53,164 bases of DNA, taken from the IMG/VR virus record IMGVR_UViG_3300048582_000047, positions 1 to 53,164 of that record, one strand, 5' to 3'. The position numbers and the translations under genes are program-made. The notes beneath the pieces were generated by a model. That model was not told where the DNA came from. It saw only the letters and a list, made by a program, of their open reading frames with translations, and did no database searches. Source of the DNA: a virus (taxonomy: Duplodnaviria; Caudoviricetes). Positions within the stretch are counted from its first letter, which is position 1; every line of letters begins with the position of its first letter. Below are positions 36,688 through 46,394 of this stretch, piece by piece.

Positions 36688-37118
36688 TTTAATCTTAACT
36701 CCGAGATAGCCTTAGCCACCATAGACGGAAAACGGGAACGTAGGTTTGTATACACGAAATAACCAGACCTTTTCCAACGTCCAGGCTCTCCAAACTCAAC
36801 AGCGTTAACGTGAGGGGAGTTGTTACCTATCCAAACTCTAGTTGATGTATTGGGGATATTTGCCACTTGAGAGAGTAAACCAGATAGGGCACTTTCTCTG
36901 TGCGTATCTCTAGCAGAAACTCTGCCGTGTGAAGAGATACCCCTACCAACATTACCAGAGCGACCTATAGAATGAGACAGGATATATGCACCAGTGTCAT
37001 CTGGGGAATACTGTGGATCAACTAAAAAGTAAGCGGCTTTCTCAAGTATTCTAGGTTGAACCTCTTTAACCCTGTCTTCTAAATCTTTTAACTGCCTCAA
37101 GAAAGTCCTTTGTGCCAT
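36684..37118 (-). CDS. Neck/tail completion protein (HK97 gp10-like)
   Basis: PDDTGAY..S, IGNNSPH..AVEFG. Confidence 0.75.
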   Translation of the reverse strand: MAQRTFLRQLKDLEDRVKEVQPRILEKAAYFLVDPQYSPDDTGAYILSHSIGRSGNVGRGISSHGRVSARDTHRESALSGLLSQVANIPNTSTRVWIGNNSPHVNAVEFGEPGRWKRSGYFVYTNLRSRFPSMVAKAISELRLK

Positions 37119-37119
37119 G

Positions 37120-37479
37120 TTAGTCTCTCAAGTAACACATCTGACACATAGTAGATGTAGAGGAAGAAATCTGGGTAACTCGAATAACAGTTGTAGTCTT
37201 AGACCCAAAGACAATCTCATCTGTAGTATCAACGTCAGGAGTGTTTGATCCGTTTTCTAATTTGTCCGAGAGGACAACACGTCTCTCTCCAGTTTGCTGG
37301 ATTTGAAACTCCGATACGGACGGGTCATTATTGAAGAAAAAACCTTTAAGGGTGTAGTCTGTGTTTGTTTGACTGACTGTCCCCGTGGCTACATCGTATG
37401 CACCTTGAGTTTTCTTACGAAGTGTTATCGTAATACCGTGCTCATTGATTAACTGTCTAAGGGAGGAAGGATCAAACAT
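37120..37479 (-). CDS. Head closure protein
   Basis: G..ITLRK...G.YD.ATG; synteny. Confidence 0.7.
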   Translation of the reverse strand: MFDPSSLRQLINEHGITITLRKKTQGAYDVATGTVSQTNTDYTLKGFFFNNDPSVSEFQIQQTGERRVVLSDKLENGSNTPDVDTTDEIVFGSKTTTVIRVTQISSSTSTMCQMCYLRD

Positions 37480-37940
37480 TAGTCTTCTCCCGACAAGTAA
37501 CCTGCTGAACTAGGATTATCGAATTGTCCCACATTAAACTCTGGTTTTACTCTATCTGTAAGTTGATTTGCCGCAGCCATAGCCGCTTTGGAAATACCAC
37601 CAGCGGCAAGGCCAACTGTCTTTCCGCCTTGGCGTTTCCCTAATTCAGATAACTGAACAGCGAGGATTGTGTATTGCTTAATACGGTCGCTATACTCTGC
37701 CTCTAATGCCCCATCAAGTTGGGTGTTAACCATCCTAGCGTATTTACTAGCCAGAAGTCTTGCGCAGAAAGCAGCAGAAAAGTATACGTTGTCGTTGTTC
37801 TCAGCAAGTGCGAAGTAGACTTCTTCATCTTGCATCTGGGGTTGTGTAGAGTCATTATCTCCAACAAGAAGCCTAACGACATTAAGTCTTCCAGAAGGGG
37901 TAGTGGTTACTAGATCAACAGGGTCATAAGTATATGTCAT
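37479..37940 (-). CDS. Head-tail adaptor
   Basis: VRLLVGD......MQDEE..F.L. Confidence 0.8.
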   Translation of the reverse strand: MTYTYDPVDLVTTTPSGRLNVVRLLVGDNDSTQPQMQDEEVYFALAENNDNVYFSAAFCARLLASKYARMVNTQLDGALEAEYSDRIKQYTILAVQLSELGKRQGGKTVGLAAGGISKAAMAAANQLTDRVKPEFNVGQFDNPSSAGYLSGED

Positions 37941-37955
37941 CTACCCCTCCGGTAG

Positions 37956-38366
37956 TTAATGTTCCATGTGCCCGTAGGCAGCGCGCCAACTTCTGATCTT
38001 ACCTATCTGCTTCCACCTAACCTTAGAGAAAGCACAAGACTTCTTTTGTATCTCTCTGGCGTTAGCAGCCTTGGCTTTAACTTGCTTGTTGATAGTATTT
38101 CGCAAGTCATGTAGAGCCTCTAGAGTCATAGCATCTAAGCCATCCCCTCTAGCCCCAACAAAATCTGCCATAGAACCCTCTAGATCGGGCCTGTGGTTCA
38201 GGTAAAAGTTGTCGTAGTAGAAGTGTATCTCGCTTCCTTGGTAGTCCCAACCAAAGGTTTCCCAAGGGAAGTGTGAGTCAACCGTCCAAATCTTATTGCT
38301 AAGTTGAAACGGTTGACTCACAAAGACAGGGCGGCGAGGATCAAAACGTAGTCGGGACACGATCAA
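37956..38366 (-). CDS. Hypothetical head-associated protein
   Basis: Directly after major capsid; GGGAGG RBS. Confidence 0.65.
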   Translation of the reverse strand: MIVSRLRFDPRRPVFVSQPFQLSNKIWTVDSHFPWETFGWDYQGSEIHFYYDNFYLNHRPDLEGSMADFVGARGDGLDAMTLEALHDLRNTINKQVKAKAANAREIQKKSCAFSKVRWKQIGKIRSWRAAYGHMEH

Positions 38367-38378
38367 CCCTCCCCAATA

Positions 38379-39386
38379 TTAGGCAACAACAGTGGTAATA
38401 AAGCCACCAAGGTCAGAAGCCACAACCTTCTGGTCATAAGCCATGTTAACCTCGATCTTTTCAGCGATGCCACGCTCTGCCAGCCAGTCACCAGTATACG
38501 ATTTGATCGTGATACCGTAGCCCGAGGCGTGATCCAGTTCATCCCATGTGAAGGTCATACCAGCCGAGGCAACCATGAGGCCAGCAGCAGGCGGGACATA
38601 GTAGAAGGCAACAGCCTTACCACCGATGAAGGCGTTAGATTCAGCCAGACCTTCTTTAGCGGTGTTACGGACAGCCTCCATAACGAGCACTTTTTCCATA
38701 CCGAAGATTTCGGCAAGTTTAGCGTCCGTGACAAGGGCGGTGTTAGTAACAGTCGCACCACCATTCAGGCGGTTCAGGATTGTCGGATGGTTAATGAGGA
38801 TATCGCGAACTTCTTTACCCATAACCATGACGTTGGGTTTAAATCCGCCCGAGCGCAGTTGCATGGTGCGCGAGATATTCAGCACATCAACAATGGGGGT
38901 CGAGTTGACGTAATCCGACCACTGACGAACTTGGTTAGCAGCAGGGGCACCCGAGACACCGGCCCAATCAGTTGCCCAAACACCTGTGGTGAAGAAGCGG
39001 TCAGCCCAAGTCTGTTCACGGTGGATCAGGAAACGCTGAGTCTTCTGCGCAGCAAGAGCGGCTTTGACGTTGAGAACGGCATCTTCGTTAGCGGCAGTCT
39101 CGAAGTCAATCGGAGCAGCTTCCGAATAAACGCGGCACAGATAGCTATCCGAGGAAACCGTCAGACCGACTTCCGGGGCCATGGTGTAGGGCGCACGTTC
39201 TTTAATGTCGTCCATTTGGTTAAACTGACCACGGGGCCAGATGTAATAACGATCACTCTTTTTAGCAACCGAAACACGAGGGAACACTTGGTCAGCAACA
39301 AAACCTGTAGTATTTTGCAGGAACGCAATAGTAAGGTTAGTCAGCGGCTGGTCAATGTGGACCTGAGAAGCAGTAAGTAAAGCCAT
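38379..39386 (-). CDS. Major capsid protein
   Basis: HIDQPLTNLTIA, ADQVFP.V.V, QWSDY.NS.P, PN.MVMG; strong codon bias. Confidence 0.92.
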   Translation of the reverse strand: MALLTASQVHIDQPLTNLTIAFLQNTTGFVADQVFPRVSVAKKSDRYYIWPRGQFNQMDDIKERAPYTMAPEVGLTVSSDSYLCRVYSEAAPIDFETAANEDAVLNVKAALAAQKTQRFLIHREQTWADRFFTTGVWATDWAGVSGAPAANQVRQWSDYVNSTPIVDVLNISRTMQLRSGGFKPNVMVMGKEVRDILINHPTILNRLNGGATVTNTALVTDAKLAEIFGMEKVLVMEAVRNTAKEGLAESNAFIGGKAVAFYYVPPAAGLMVASAGMTFTWDELDHASGYGITIKSYTGDWLAERGIAEKIEVNMAYDQKVVASDLGGFITTVVA

Positions 39387-39411
39387 TTTAGTATCCTTTT
39401 AATGACTAAGA

Positions 39412-39777
39412 TTAGGCCACACGTTCCGAACGTGCAAGTTCGATAGTGATGACTTGGTTGTTAGCGCCACCCTCAAGGGCATAGCCCAGCACAGTGTTGG
39501 TCGAGGTAGCTGTGATAGCGCGGCCAGTAGCGTTAGACATGACGGCAGCACCAGCAGTAATGGAAGCCCCAGCGATCACCTGCACACGACCGTCATAGGC
39601 CACAGCAAGCGATTGAAGGGAAGCCGTAGTGGGTTGAAGGGCGACACCAGCCGAACGGGTGGAGGTAGTCAGGGGGCCAACACGACCGTTAGAATCGGGC
39701 ATAGTGACAAAGGTGAATTGCGGGATAGCGGCGTTAGCAATGTAAGTGCGCGCTGCAATTTGTTCCTGAAAGGCCAA
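39412..39777 (-). CDS. Capsid decoration/cement protein (DUF2190-like)
   Basis: AGASITAGAAV.S.A.GRA, LGYALE; TTG start after AGGAG. Confidence 0.8.
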   Translation of the reverse strand: MAFQEQIAARTYIANAAIPQFTFVTMPDSNGRVGPLTTSTRSAGVALQPTTASLQSLAVAYDGRVQVIAGASITAGAAVMSNATGRAITATSTNTVLGYALEGGANNQVITIELARSERVA

Positions 39778-39787
39778 TTTTTTTCTC

Positions 39788-40315
39788 CTAAATTGGGTAT
39801 CTGTTGTTTTTTGATACGTTTAAGTCACCGGGTAACACTTGTAAGTTCCACGGGACATGGAGTCCACAAACGTTCTTTCCTCGTAAGGGGACAATGTGGT
39901 CTACGTGGTAAACCTCCCCCGTAACAGCCTTTAAATCTGCGCAAAGCCAATAAAAGTTCTCTATAAGCTTTAGATGCTCTTCTGTAAGCCATCTCGGGGT
40001 TGCTTTTAGTTTTTGCGATCTACGTGAAGCCTCTCTACAAGCTTTTTTATGTTTGTAGTTTTTAGTATCTTTATCCTCAGCGTAACTGTTTTTAGCGGTG
40101 TTAAGCCTATATAGCCTAAAACTCTCGTCACTTTTATAGCGAGCATTTTCGTAAGACTTAACCCTTTCTTTGTTACGTAAAGACCAAAGTTTTTTATATT
40201 CCCTATTACAAGAGATACATCTAGAGCTAAGTTTACCTTTTACGAGGTAAAAACAATTAGCCCCTTTTTGTTCTTTGCATAGGGAACAGTGTCTAGAGAC
40301 CACCACGTTAATCAA
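39788..40315 (-). CDS. HNH endonuclease inserted in head operon
   Basis: CxxC zinc-finger, ATPRW, YHVDHIVPLRG..VCGLHVPWNLQ...N..K.N; true start uncertain. Confidence 0.9.
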   Translation of the reverse strand: MINVVVSRHCSLCKEQKGANCFYLVKGKLSSRCISCNREYKKLWSLRNKERVKSYENARYKSDESFRLYRLNTAKNSYAEDKDTKNYKHKKACREASRRSQKLKATPRWLTEEHLKLIENFYWLCADLKAVTGEVYHVDHIVPLRGKNVCGLHVPWNLQVLPGDLNVSKNNRYPI

Positions 40316-40316
40316 A

Positions 40317-41012
40317 CTACTTTTTGTAGGTTTTGTTGATGAGGGCAAGACCTTCTTTAGTCTTGGCTACCTCTGCATAAGCTTGTTGGTAGGTAACTTT
40401 GTGGGTTTCTTGGAAAGTTTTAACCAACTCGTCAAGCTTGCCCGATGCGTCCTTAAGTTCTTCGGTAGCGTCAGTCTTACCTTTCTCTGTGAGAAGCATT
40501 GCAAACAGAGCATCGGCAGCAATGAGCATTTCCAGGAGTTCGGCGTCGTCACCAATCGACTTAAGCAGTTTACCACGTTGGTCAGCACTACCCTTAAAAT
40601 TAGGAAGCTTTTCATCAGCGCGTTTACGGAGTTCTTCGGCTTCTTTAGCCTTTTCCAACTCTTCTAGTTGTTTGAGGACTGGTGCGGGGATAGCTGACTT
40701 AGCAACCTTTTCACCGTCAAAGTCCATCATTTCTTCTTTTGGCCTCGACTTTTCAATCTCAGCAGCTTCAAACTCTTCCACCTTAGCTTTAAGCGTTTCC
40801 ACTTCGGCAGCAACAGTCTCAAGTTCTACAATCTTGGTTTTCAGCGTTTCAACTTCTTGAGCAGCGTCGGCAAGTTGTTTTTCCATTTGTTCCTTAGTCT
40901 CATCGGACATTTCGGAATTTCCTTTTCGTTTAAGTAAAGTGACCTTTGCGAGAGGATCGTCCCCCGCGTCTACGAGAGAAACCTCAAAAAGATCAAGTTG
41001 AGTGAGTTCCAT
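40317..41012 (-). CDS. Scaffold protein
   Basis: EVSLVD...PLAKV.L.KR then Glu/Lys coiled coil. Confidence 0.8.
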   Translation of the reverse strand: MELTQLDLFEVSLVDAGDDPLAKVTLLKRKGNSEMSDETKEQMEKQLADAAQEVETLKTKIVELETVAAEVETLKAKVEEFEAAEIEKSRPKEEMMDFDGEKVAKSAIPAPVLKQLEELEKAKEAEELRKRADEKLPNFKGSADQRGKLLKSIGDDAELLEMLIAADALFAMLLTEKGKTDATEELKDASGKLDELVKTFQETHKVTYQQAYAEVAKTKEGLALINKTYKK

Positions 41013-41410
41013 TATTCAGTTCCTCTCAAAGCACGTCCGCCTATCGAAAAGGCTGACAACTTGCCGCTCTTAACTTGATCCCACACAGCATCATCGTGCA
41101 CCTTGATACAAATGATCCAACCTTCACGGTCAGTGGTTAATCCTAAAGAACTAGCAATCTCTTTAGTAACGGGTAACGAGTGCACAATTTCTCCAATTTG
41201 AGAACCAGTGTGCATAGCTTTTGCTACCCGAACATCTAACATAAAGTTAGTGGCTGCTTTAACCAACTCTTCTGGGCGAATATATTCACCAGAATGATCT
41301 AGGCTAATCTCACCATTAACAGTAGAAACATAAGCCCAACCATAAACAAGACGTTGTTCATTGTCAAACTTAAAAACTTCGCTCTTAAGCGTGGTGTTAA
41401 TATCCGTCAT
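41012..41410 (-). CDS. Prohead protease (XkdF-like)
   Basis: QRLVYGWA, DHSGE, AMH, GW, VKSGKLSAFSIGG. Confidence 0.88.
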   Translation of the reverse strand: MTDINTTLKSEVFKFDNEQRLVYGWAYVSTVNGEISLDHSGEYIRPEELVKAATNFMLDVRVAKAMHTGSQIGEIVHSLPVTKEIASSLGLTTDREGWIICIKVHDDAVWDQVKSGKLSAFSIGGRALRGTE

Positions 41411-41424
41411 AACATTAGGCTTTC

Positions 41425-42096
41425 CTAAGCTGCCAGTAACTCTACTTGCATAGCATTCCAGTTACCCGAAACTGTTGAAGAGGCTGTTCTACCTGTGGTA
41501 GTTCCTGCACTAACTCCAAATTGGTTTTCAGCACCGAGGAACCAAGCACCATTGGGGATAGTTCCAGACTGAACTAAATCCCCTGCATTTGGGAGTGTCA
41601 CTACATTCCCAGCCGCAGCAAGTGTCCAGATGTGAAGAATACAGCTTCCAGCACTTGCGGTTAGTGTTGGTGTTGCTCTAGAAGGAGCACCAAAAGAGGC
41701 TACAGTGCTCTCCGCGCCATTTCCTGCAACATTGGTATAAGCTGCCATAAAACCTAAGATATAAGCTGCGGCGGGTGTTGTGATAGTCAAGGTAGAACCC
41801 TCTGTCCCGTCACGGACCCTACCGAAAACAGATATAGCAGGCTCACCCGTAGACCAACCCGCGCCAGTCCCTATTTTAATCCAACCAGAGGGTGTTGTGG
41901 GAATACGGTCGCCAGTTCTTGTCACCACAATTGTAACAAGGTATTCCCCGTTGCTACCTGCCGGAACATCTACTGTCAGGTTTGCGCTGCTGTTTGATCC
42001 CACCAGGGCAGATACACCGGCCCTAGAAATTCCTACAGGCGCAGTATATAGGAAAGGGGATACAATACCCATACCAATTCTTGAGGATAATCCCAT
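41425..42096 (-). CDS. Putative head-fiber/appendage tip protein
   Basis: Gly/Ser/Thr-rich beta protein, TTPSGW motif. Confidence 0.55.
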   Translation of the reverse strand: MGLSSRIGMGIVSPFLYTAPVGISRAGVSALVGSNSSANLTVDVPAGSNGEYLVTIVVTRTGDRIPTTPSGWIKIGTGAGWSTGEPAISVFGRVRDGTEGSTLTITTPAAAYILGFMAAYTNVAGNGAESTVASFGAPSRATPTLTASAGSCILHIWTLAAAGNVVTLPNAGDLVQSGTIPNGAWFLGAENQFGVSAGTTTGRTASSTVSGNWNAMQVELLAA

Positions 42097-42110
42097 TGAA
42101 AATACCCTAA

Positions 42111-42470
42111 TTATGGTGGGGAAATGGAGTTTTGTAAGATAAACTTGCCTTGAGCTTGTAAGGTTTTAGAGGAAGCACTCTGCCAAGTCCAAATATTATA
42201 GTGGTAGATTTTACCCTCTGTTAGGCTAGCTAGTTTGGTAGTGTCCAATAAGATTCTAAAAGAACCCGCTGGTGCAGAGATTAAACTAATTTCACCAGTA
42301 ACAGTAGTAAACTCAAGTAAAGGGTCACCTTTTGGGGTTAGCCCGATAGTAATAGAGACAGTTGCTGTTGCCGCAGAGGACAAGATAGAACCGTCCCTAT
42401 TCTTGGCTAGAAAGGTAATGTCAACAACTTCCCCCTTGAAGAAGCCTGTGATATCTGTATTAGCGGCCAT
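42111..42470 (-). CDS. Ig/BppU-like small virion protein
   Basis: GE...I.F, G.F.I.L..T..L..G.YHY.I....G.F pattern. Confidence 0.55.
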   Translation of the reverse strand: MAANTDITGFFKGEVVDITFLAKNRDGSILSSAATATVSITIGLTPKGDPLLEFTTVTGEISLISAPAGSFRILLDTTKLASLTEGKIYHYNIWTWQSASSKTLQAQGKFILQNSISPP

Positions 42471-42477
42471 TTTAACC

Positions 42478-43698
42478 TCAATAGAATGGAGAACCTGTTA
42501 ATACAGGGGAGTTATCGGGGGAACCAGAAACAACTTGTGGATCAGGGTCACCAATCAAGTCAAATAAACCGTTAGGTAACCCTTCAAAGGGTGTATTGTT
42601 AAATTGAGCATCAAGGACAAGTCCAGCAAAAGGACTACCCTCTATCGTAATAGATGTTCCTACGCTAACCGTCTGTGCAAGAGCAGCAAGAGAAGAGACA
42701 GAAGAAATTAATGCTGATCTGTTACGACGAACCCCTGCAATAAGGTTAGCAAGGCTATTAGAAGTTATTGCTACTTGTCTAGTGGAGGATTTTGTCCTTA
42801 CTGCTGCAACAGTGCTGGCGGAAGTTATACCCACTACTCTGGGACGAGTAATTGTCCTATTTACCGCAAGAGAAGAGACAGAAGAGATTACCGCTGCTCT
42901 ATTTTGAGAACCAGGTGTGGTATATGCAGCCGTCAGAATAGAAACAGAGTTTATAGCAGAGGTTCTATTTCTTGTTACCGTATACGCAGCGGAAACTGTG
43001 CTGGTAGAAGCAGCAAGAGTCTGCCTGTTACGAGTAATCTGACGAAGAGCAGCAACCGTGCTACTAGAGTTAACTACAACAGCGGCACGTCTAGTAATAG
43101 TCCTGTTAACAATAACAGTGGAAGAGGAGTCTATCGCAACTACTCTACTCTGTGCACCAGAGGTGGTATACGCAGCCGTTAAACTAGAGGCAGAGGATAT
43201 TGCAACCGCTCTGCTCTTAACAGTTTGAGACAGGACAGCAAGGGTGCTAGTGGAGGACACAAGTGCCTGTCTAGTTCTTGTGACTTGTCTTAAGGCAGAA
43301 AGTGTGCTGACAGAAGTTACAGCGGTTTGTCTGTTGAGAGTTGATCTTGGTAATACAGCAAGAGTGCTAATCGAAGCAGCAAGGGCTTGACGATTACGAA
43401 TAACCCCCGCTAAGACAGAAAGTGTGCTTGTCGAGTTAACAGCAGCTTGTCTATCCTTTAGCACCTGCCTTTCGACAGTAACTGTGCTATTAGAGGTTGC
43501 TGCCACTTGCCTGTTAGAAGTTATTCTCCTAGAGACAACCACACCAGAGGTAGAGGCTATTGCAGCGGAACGATCAACAGAACCGGCTACAGGTGGCCCA
43601 AAGAAAGCATCTAGTATTAATTGACTTGCGAGTGTTTCATTGGACCATAGAGCCGCCGCACCTATGCCCCCAGGAAACTGACGAAAATCACTAGCCAT
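42478..43698 (-). CDS. Repetitive fibrous protein (15 x ~20 aa repeats)
   Basis: R-x-x-[AV]-x-x-S-x-S-[TS]-[LV] units. Confidence 0.8.
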   Translation of the reverse strand: MASDFRQFPGGIGAAALWSNETLASQLILDAFFGPPVAGSVDRSAAIASTSGVVVSRRITSNRQVAATSNSTVTVERQVLKDRQAAVNSTSTLSVLAGVIRNRQALAASISTLAVLPRSTLNRQTAVTSVSTLSALRQVTRTRQALVSSTSTLAVLSQTVKSRAVAISSASSLTAAYTTSGAQSRVVAIDSSSTVIVNRTITRRAAVVVNSSSTVAALRQITRNRQTLAASTSTVSAAYTVTRNRTSAINSVSILTAAYTTPGSQNRAAVISSVSSLAVNRTITRPRVVGITSASTVAAVRTKSSTRQVAITSNSLANLIAGVRRNRSALISSVSSLAALAQTVSVGTSITIEGSPFAGLVLDAQFNNTPFEGLPNGLFDLIGDPDPQVVSGSPDNSPVLTGSPFY

Positions 43699-44530
43699 GG
43701 ATTACCTTGCCGGTAACTCTAACTGCACCTGTAGATGTAGTTCCGGCAATTTGAATGGGGAAGAGGCAACTCTCATTGGGAACTTCGGGAAGACCCAAAG
43801 CGGCCCAATCCGCAATCCAACGAGTATTAGCTAGGGGTTTATAGAGACCACCACGATATCTCGTAGCAGTAAAACCAAAACTACCCGCTGTTCCTGTTGA
43901 TGCTGAGAGAATAACGGTGTTGATATCCCTAATAAACTTACCCGATGCAGCGGAAGGGATTAAGCCATTGAGGGGGATCATACGACTTGCCCTGACCGTT
44001 CCGCCGACAGCAACAACAGTTAGGTCCCCGGAGGTAGCGTCGTTATAGGTAACGTTGATAGTGGCGTTAGAGGCTGTAGCGCCCGTATCCGTATACCACT
44101 CCAACCACCACTGAACATCGGAGTAGTTAGAGTCACCAATACGAGCAGTTAAGTTGTCGCTGGCAATGTTTGCGTGGAGGTCTAGGTTAACAGTTTGAGA
44201 GGTTGTGACGTTACCAACAAGACCCCCCATGTGCATTAGGCGGTCATGGATTTCTAACGTAGAACCTGCGTTACTACAGACCCCATCAAGGATGCCTAAG
44301 TAAGATGTTGCAGGTGCAGTTTGTTGAGTAAAACCGATAGAGCCTAAAAGGGTGTTATCACAAGTGGCCGCTGTGGAGGGGATAGCTGCTTGTCCCGGCT
44401 GACCTGTGGCCCTCCAAAGACTGTGCCATTGCCCCGCAACAGTGTTCGAGATACTAGCTTTATCAATGATAATACGCGAAGAGTTATTACCCATTGCGTT
44501 AACAAGATCGTTCATATTTGCAATGGTCAT
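43691..44530 (-). CDS. Putative virion appendage protein
   Basis: 279 aa, Thr/Gly-rich, DRLMHMGGL; in portal-protease cassette. Confidence 0.6.
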   Translation of the reverse strand: MTIANMNDLVNAMGNNSSRIIIDKASISNTVAGQWHSLWRATGQPGQAAIPSTAATCDNTLLGSIGFTQQTAPATSYLGILDGVCSNAGSTLEIHDRLMHMGGLVGNVTTSQTVNLDLHANIASDNLTARIGDSNYSDVQWWLEWYTDTGATASNATINVTYNDATSGDLTVVAVGGTVRASRMIPLNGLIPSAASGKFIRDINTVILSASTGTAGSFGFTATRYRGGLYKPLANTRWIADWAALGLPEVPNESCLFPIQIAGTTSTGAVRVTGKVIHG

Positions 44531-44542
44531 GTCTTTAAACCT

Positions 44543-44926
44543 TTAGGTTAACGTAATATCAATATCACCAATCGGGAAGTTTAGAGTATCGCCATCATTG
44601 ATAACAGCAGATGTGATATCGTCCCAAGCAAGCAAGTTACCAGCAGTAGAGGCATCAAAGATACCTACAGCAACGACCGTTCCGTAGTTACCCCCAGAGG
44701 CAGTAAAAGAGACAGCACTGGTATTGCTGATAGCACCCCCCGATGGGGCACCAAAGGTAATAGCTTGACGAGCATACCCCGCACCAGAAACTTGGGTTCC
44801 ACCCCCAGCATCCGTAGGAGAGGCTGTATAAAGAGCCAAGTAAGTTGTAGTTGGGGATGTTAGAGTTGTATTACGAAAGACGTGGTTTAAGACCGCGTTC
44901 TCAAGGTAGTCAGAAAAACTAGACAT
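44543..44926 (-). CDS. Small fiber/appendage protein
   Basis: SDYLENAVLN, YLALYTA.P, GYARQAI, GIFDA.T.GNLL, F..G.I.I. Confidence 0.7.
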   Translation of the reverse strand: MSSFSDYLENAVLNHVFRNTTLTSPTTTYLALYTASPTDAGGGTQVSGAGYARQAITFGAPSGGAISNTSAVSFTASGGNYGTVVAVGIFDASTAGNLLAWDDITSAVINDGDTLNFPIGDIDITLT

Positions 44927-46386
44927 TAGGTTTTACCTTTTGGTTTCCGAGGTGGGGCCTCTTGAGGTTGTGTTTTTGACTGCATAGCTTGAGATTGGAG
45001 TTCAAACTCTCGATCTTTAGCCGCTTGCTCTTCCAACTTTTGCTTCTCTTTATTCTCAACGTAAGCTTCGCTATCGAAGTCCAGTTCAGCAATTTCCATA
45101 AGATCAGTCACTACCTCTACGTTGTCCGCTACACTGATATTAGCCCCGTTAAGGTTACGAAGGAAAGAGGCAATCTCTTTCAAGTCATGTGGAGCAACAT
45201 CGCCAGCTTCAAGCTTAGGCATTGTTTCAAACGGCAACCCGTTAATCCTCCACAGAGGTTCAACCAGTTGTTTGTTAAGCACGTCAACAATAGTGTTGAT
45301 ATAGCTCTCCAAGGAACGGAGGAAAAGGTCAGTTTTAGATTTAGAGAGGGCATAAGAGCCGCTACCACTACCAAGCATCATAAACTCAGCCATAACCGAG
45401 CGGGCAATGTCATGCTGATAACGGCGAACGACTGGATCAATGTCAATAGAACGACTACCGTTGGCAGTAATCAGTTCAAGATCCATCAAGCGTTGATTGG
45501 TAGGTTTACCGTCTGCATCAACATAAAGATCAGAGGGGAGCAGGGCATATCCTTGTTCGTTCTTCTTTAGATCACGAAGGATAGTCTCGAACATGTAGCG
45601 GATTTGCTTCTGTTCATCTGTAGCATCTGTGCCAAGATATTCAGCAGGCATACGACCAACAGGAACACCGTGGAGTTCACGTTCAATAGCAATAGCTTCA
45701 TAGTCTTGAATTTTGTTCAGATAAGTATAAGCTACGAAAGCATTACGCAGAACAGATCGTCCAGATGGATCATTGTTCAGAGTAGTTGTGCGGTAGTAAA
45801 GAGATTTATTGGTGGGGATCATTACTTGAGGTTTACCCCAAGACGTTTCCTGCCACATACCGAGGATATCCCCAGTTTCCTGATCCACCTCGAACCTATC
45901 TACTGTCCAAGGGGCACGAATAGCAAGTTTCTTTACTCCAATCCGACCATCTGTATACTTAGACTTCTTTTTGGGGTTGGTAGTGTCACCACCACGGACT
46001 TTATAGACAACCTCAAACCAAGCAAACCCGTAAGTCAAGTGAGAGAGAGCCTCAGAGATATGGTCATCAAGACTACACTCCATATCCCCAAGGACTTCCT
46101 CAAGGAAAGTGGCTTCTTTCTTAGCACCCTCTGACTCATCTGCGGGTTTGACTTTGATTTTAACATCGCGAAGAGTTTGTTCAATCGCATAGAGGACAGC
46201 ACCAATAACACTGTTGTTATCACGCATTTCCTGATATTTGCGAATAGCCTTCTTACCCTTAAGTTCCTGTAGGAACTCATCTGCTCGGATTGTTCCAGTA
46301 TAAGTAGACCTACCAGCAACACCAAGTTCCATCTTAGCTTTGGGGGCACTTAACTCTGGGCTTTTCTTGAAAAACCTTTCAAACAT
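44926..46386 (-). CDS. Portal protein (DUF935-like)
   Basis: After terminase; YGFAWFEVVY, P.GRSVLR, GSYALS. Confidence 0.92.
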   Translation of the reverse strand: MFERFFKKSPELSAPKAKMELGVAGRSTYTGTIRADEFLQELKGKKAIRKYQEMRDNNSVIGAVLYAIEQTLRDVKIKVKPADESEGAKKEATFLEEVLGDMECSLDDHISEALSHLTYGFAWFEVVYKVRGGDTTNPKKKSKYTDGRIGVKKLAIRAPWTVDRFEVDQETGDILGMWQETSWGKPQVMIPTNKSLYYRTTTLNNDPSGRSVLRNAFVAYTYLNKIQDYEAIAIERELHGVPVGRMPAEYLGTDATDEQKQIRYMFETILRDLKKNEQGYALLPSDLYVDADGKPTNQRLMDLELITANGSRSIDIDPVVRRYQHDIARSVMAEFMMLGSGSGSYALSKSKTDLFLRSLESYINTIVDVLNKQLVEPLWRINGLPFETMPKLEAGDVAPHDLKEIASFLRNLNGANISVADNVEVVTDLMEIAELDFDSEAYVENKEKQKLEEQAAKDREFELQSQAMQSKTQPQEAPPRKPKGKT

Positions 46387-46394
46387 GGTTGTTC

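Noticed and set aside
35246-39380. Long plus-strand ORFs (35246-36175, 38529-39380) antisense to tail tube and capsid genes
   Set aside because: Shadow frames of strongly codon-biased genes; no RBS or recognisable motifs
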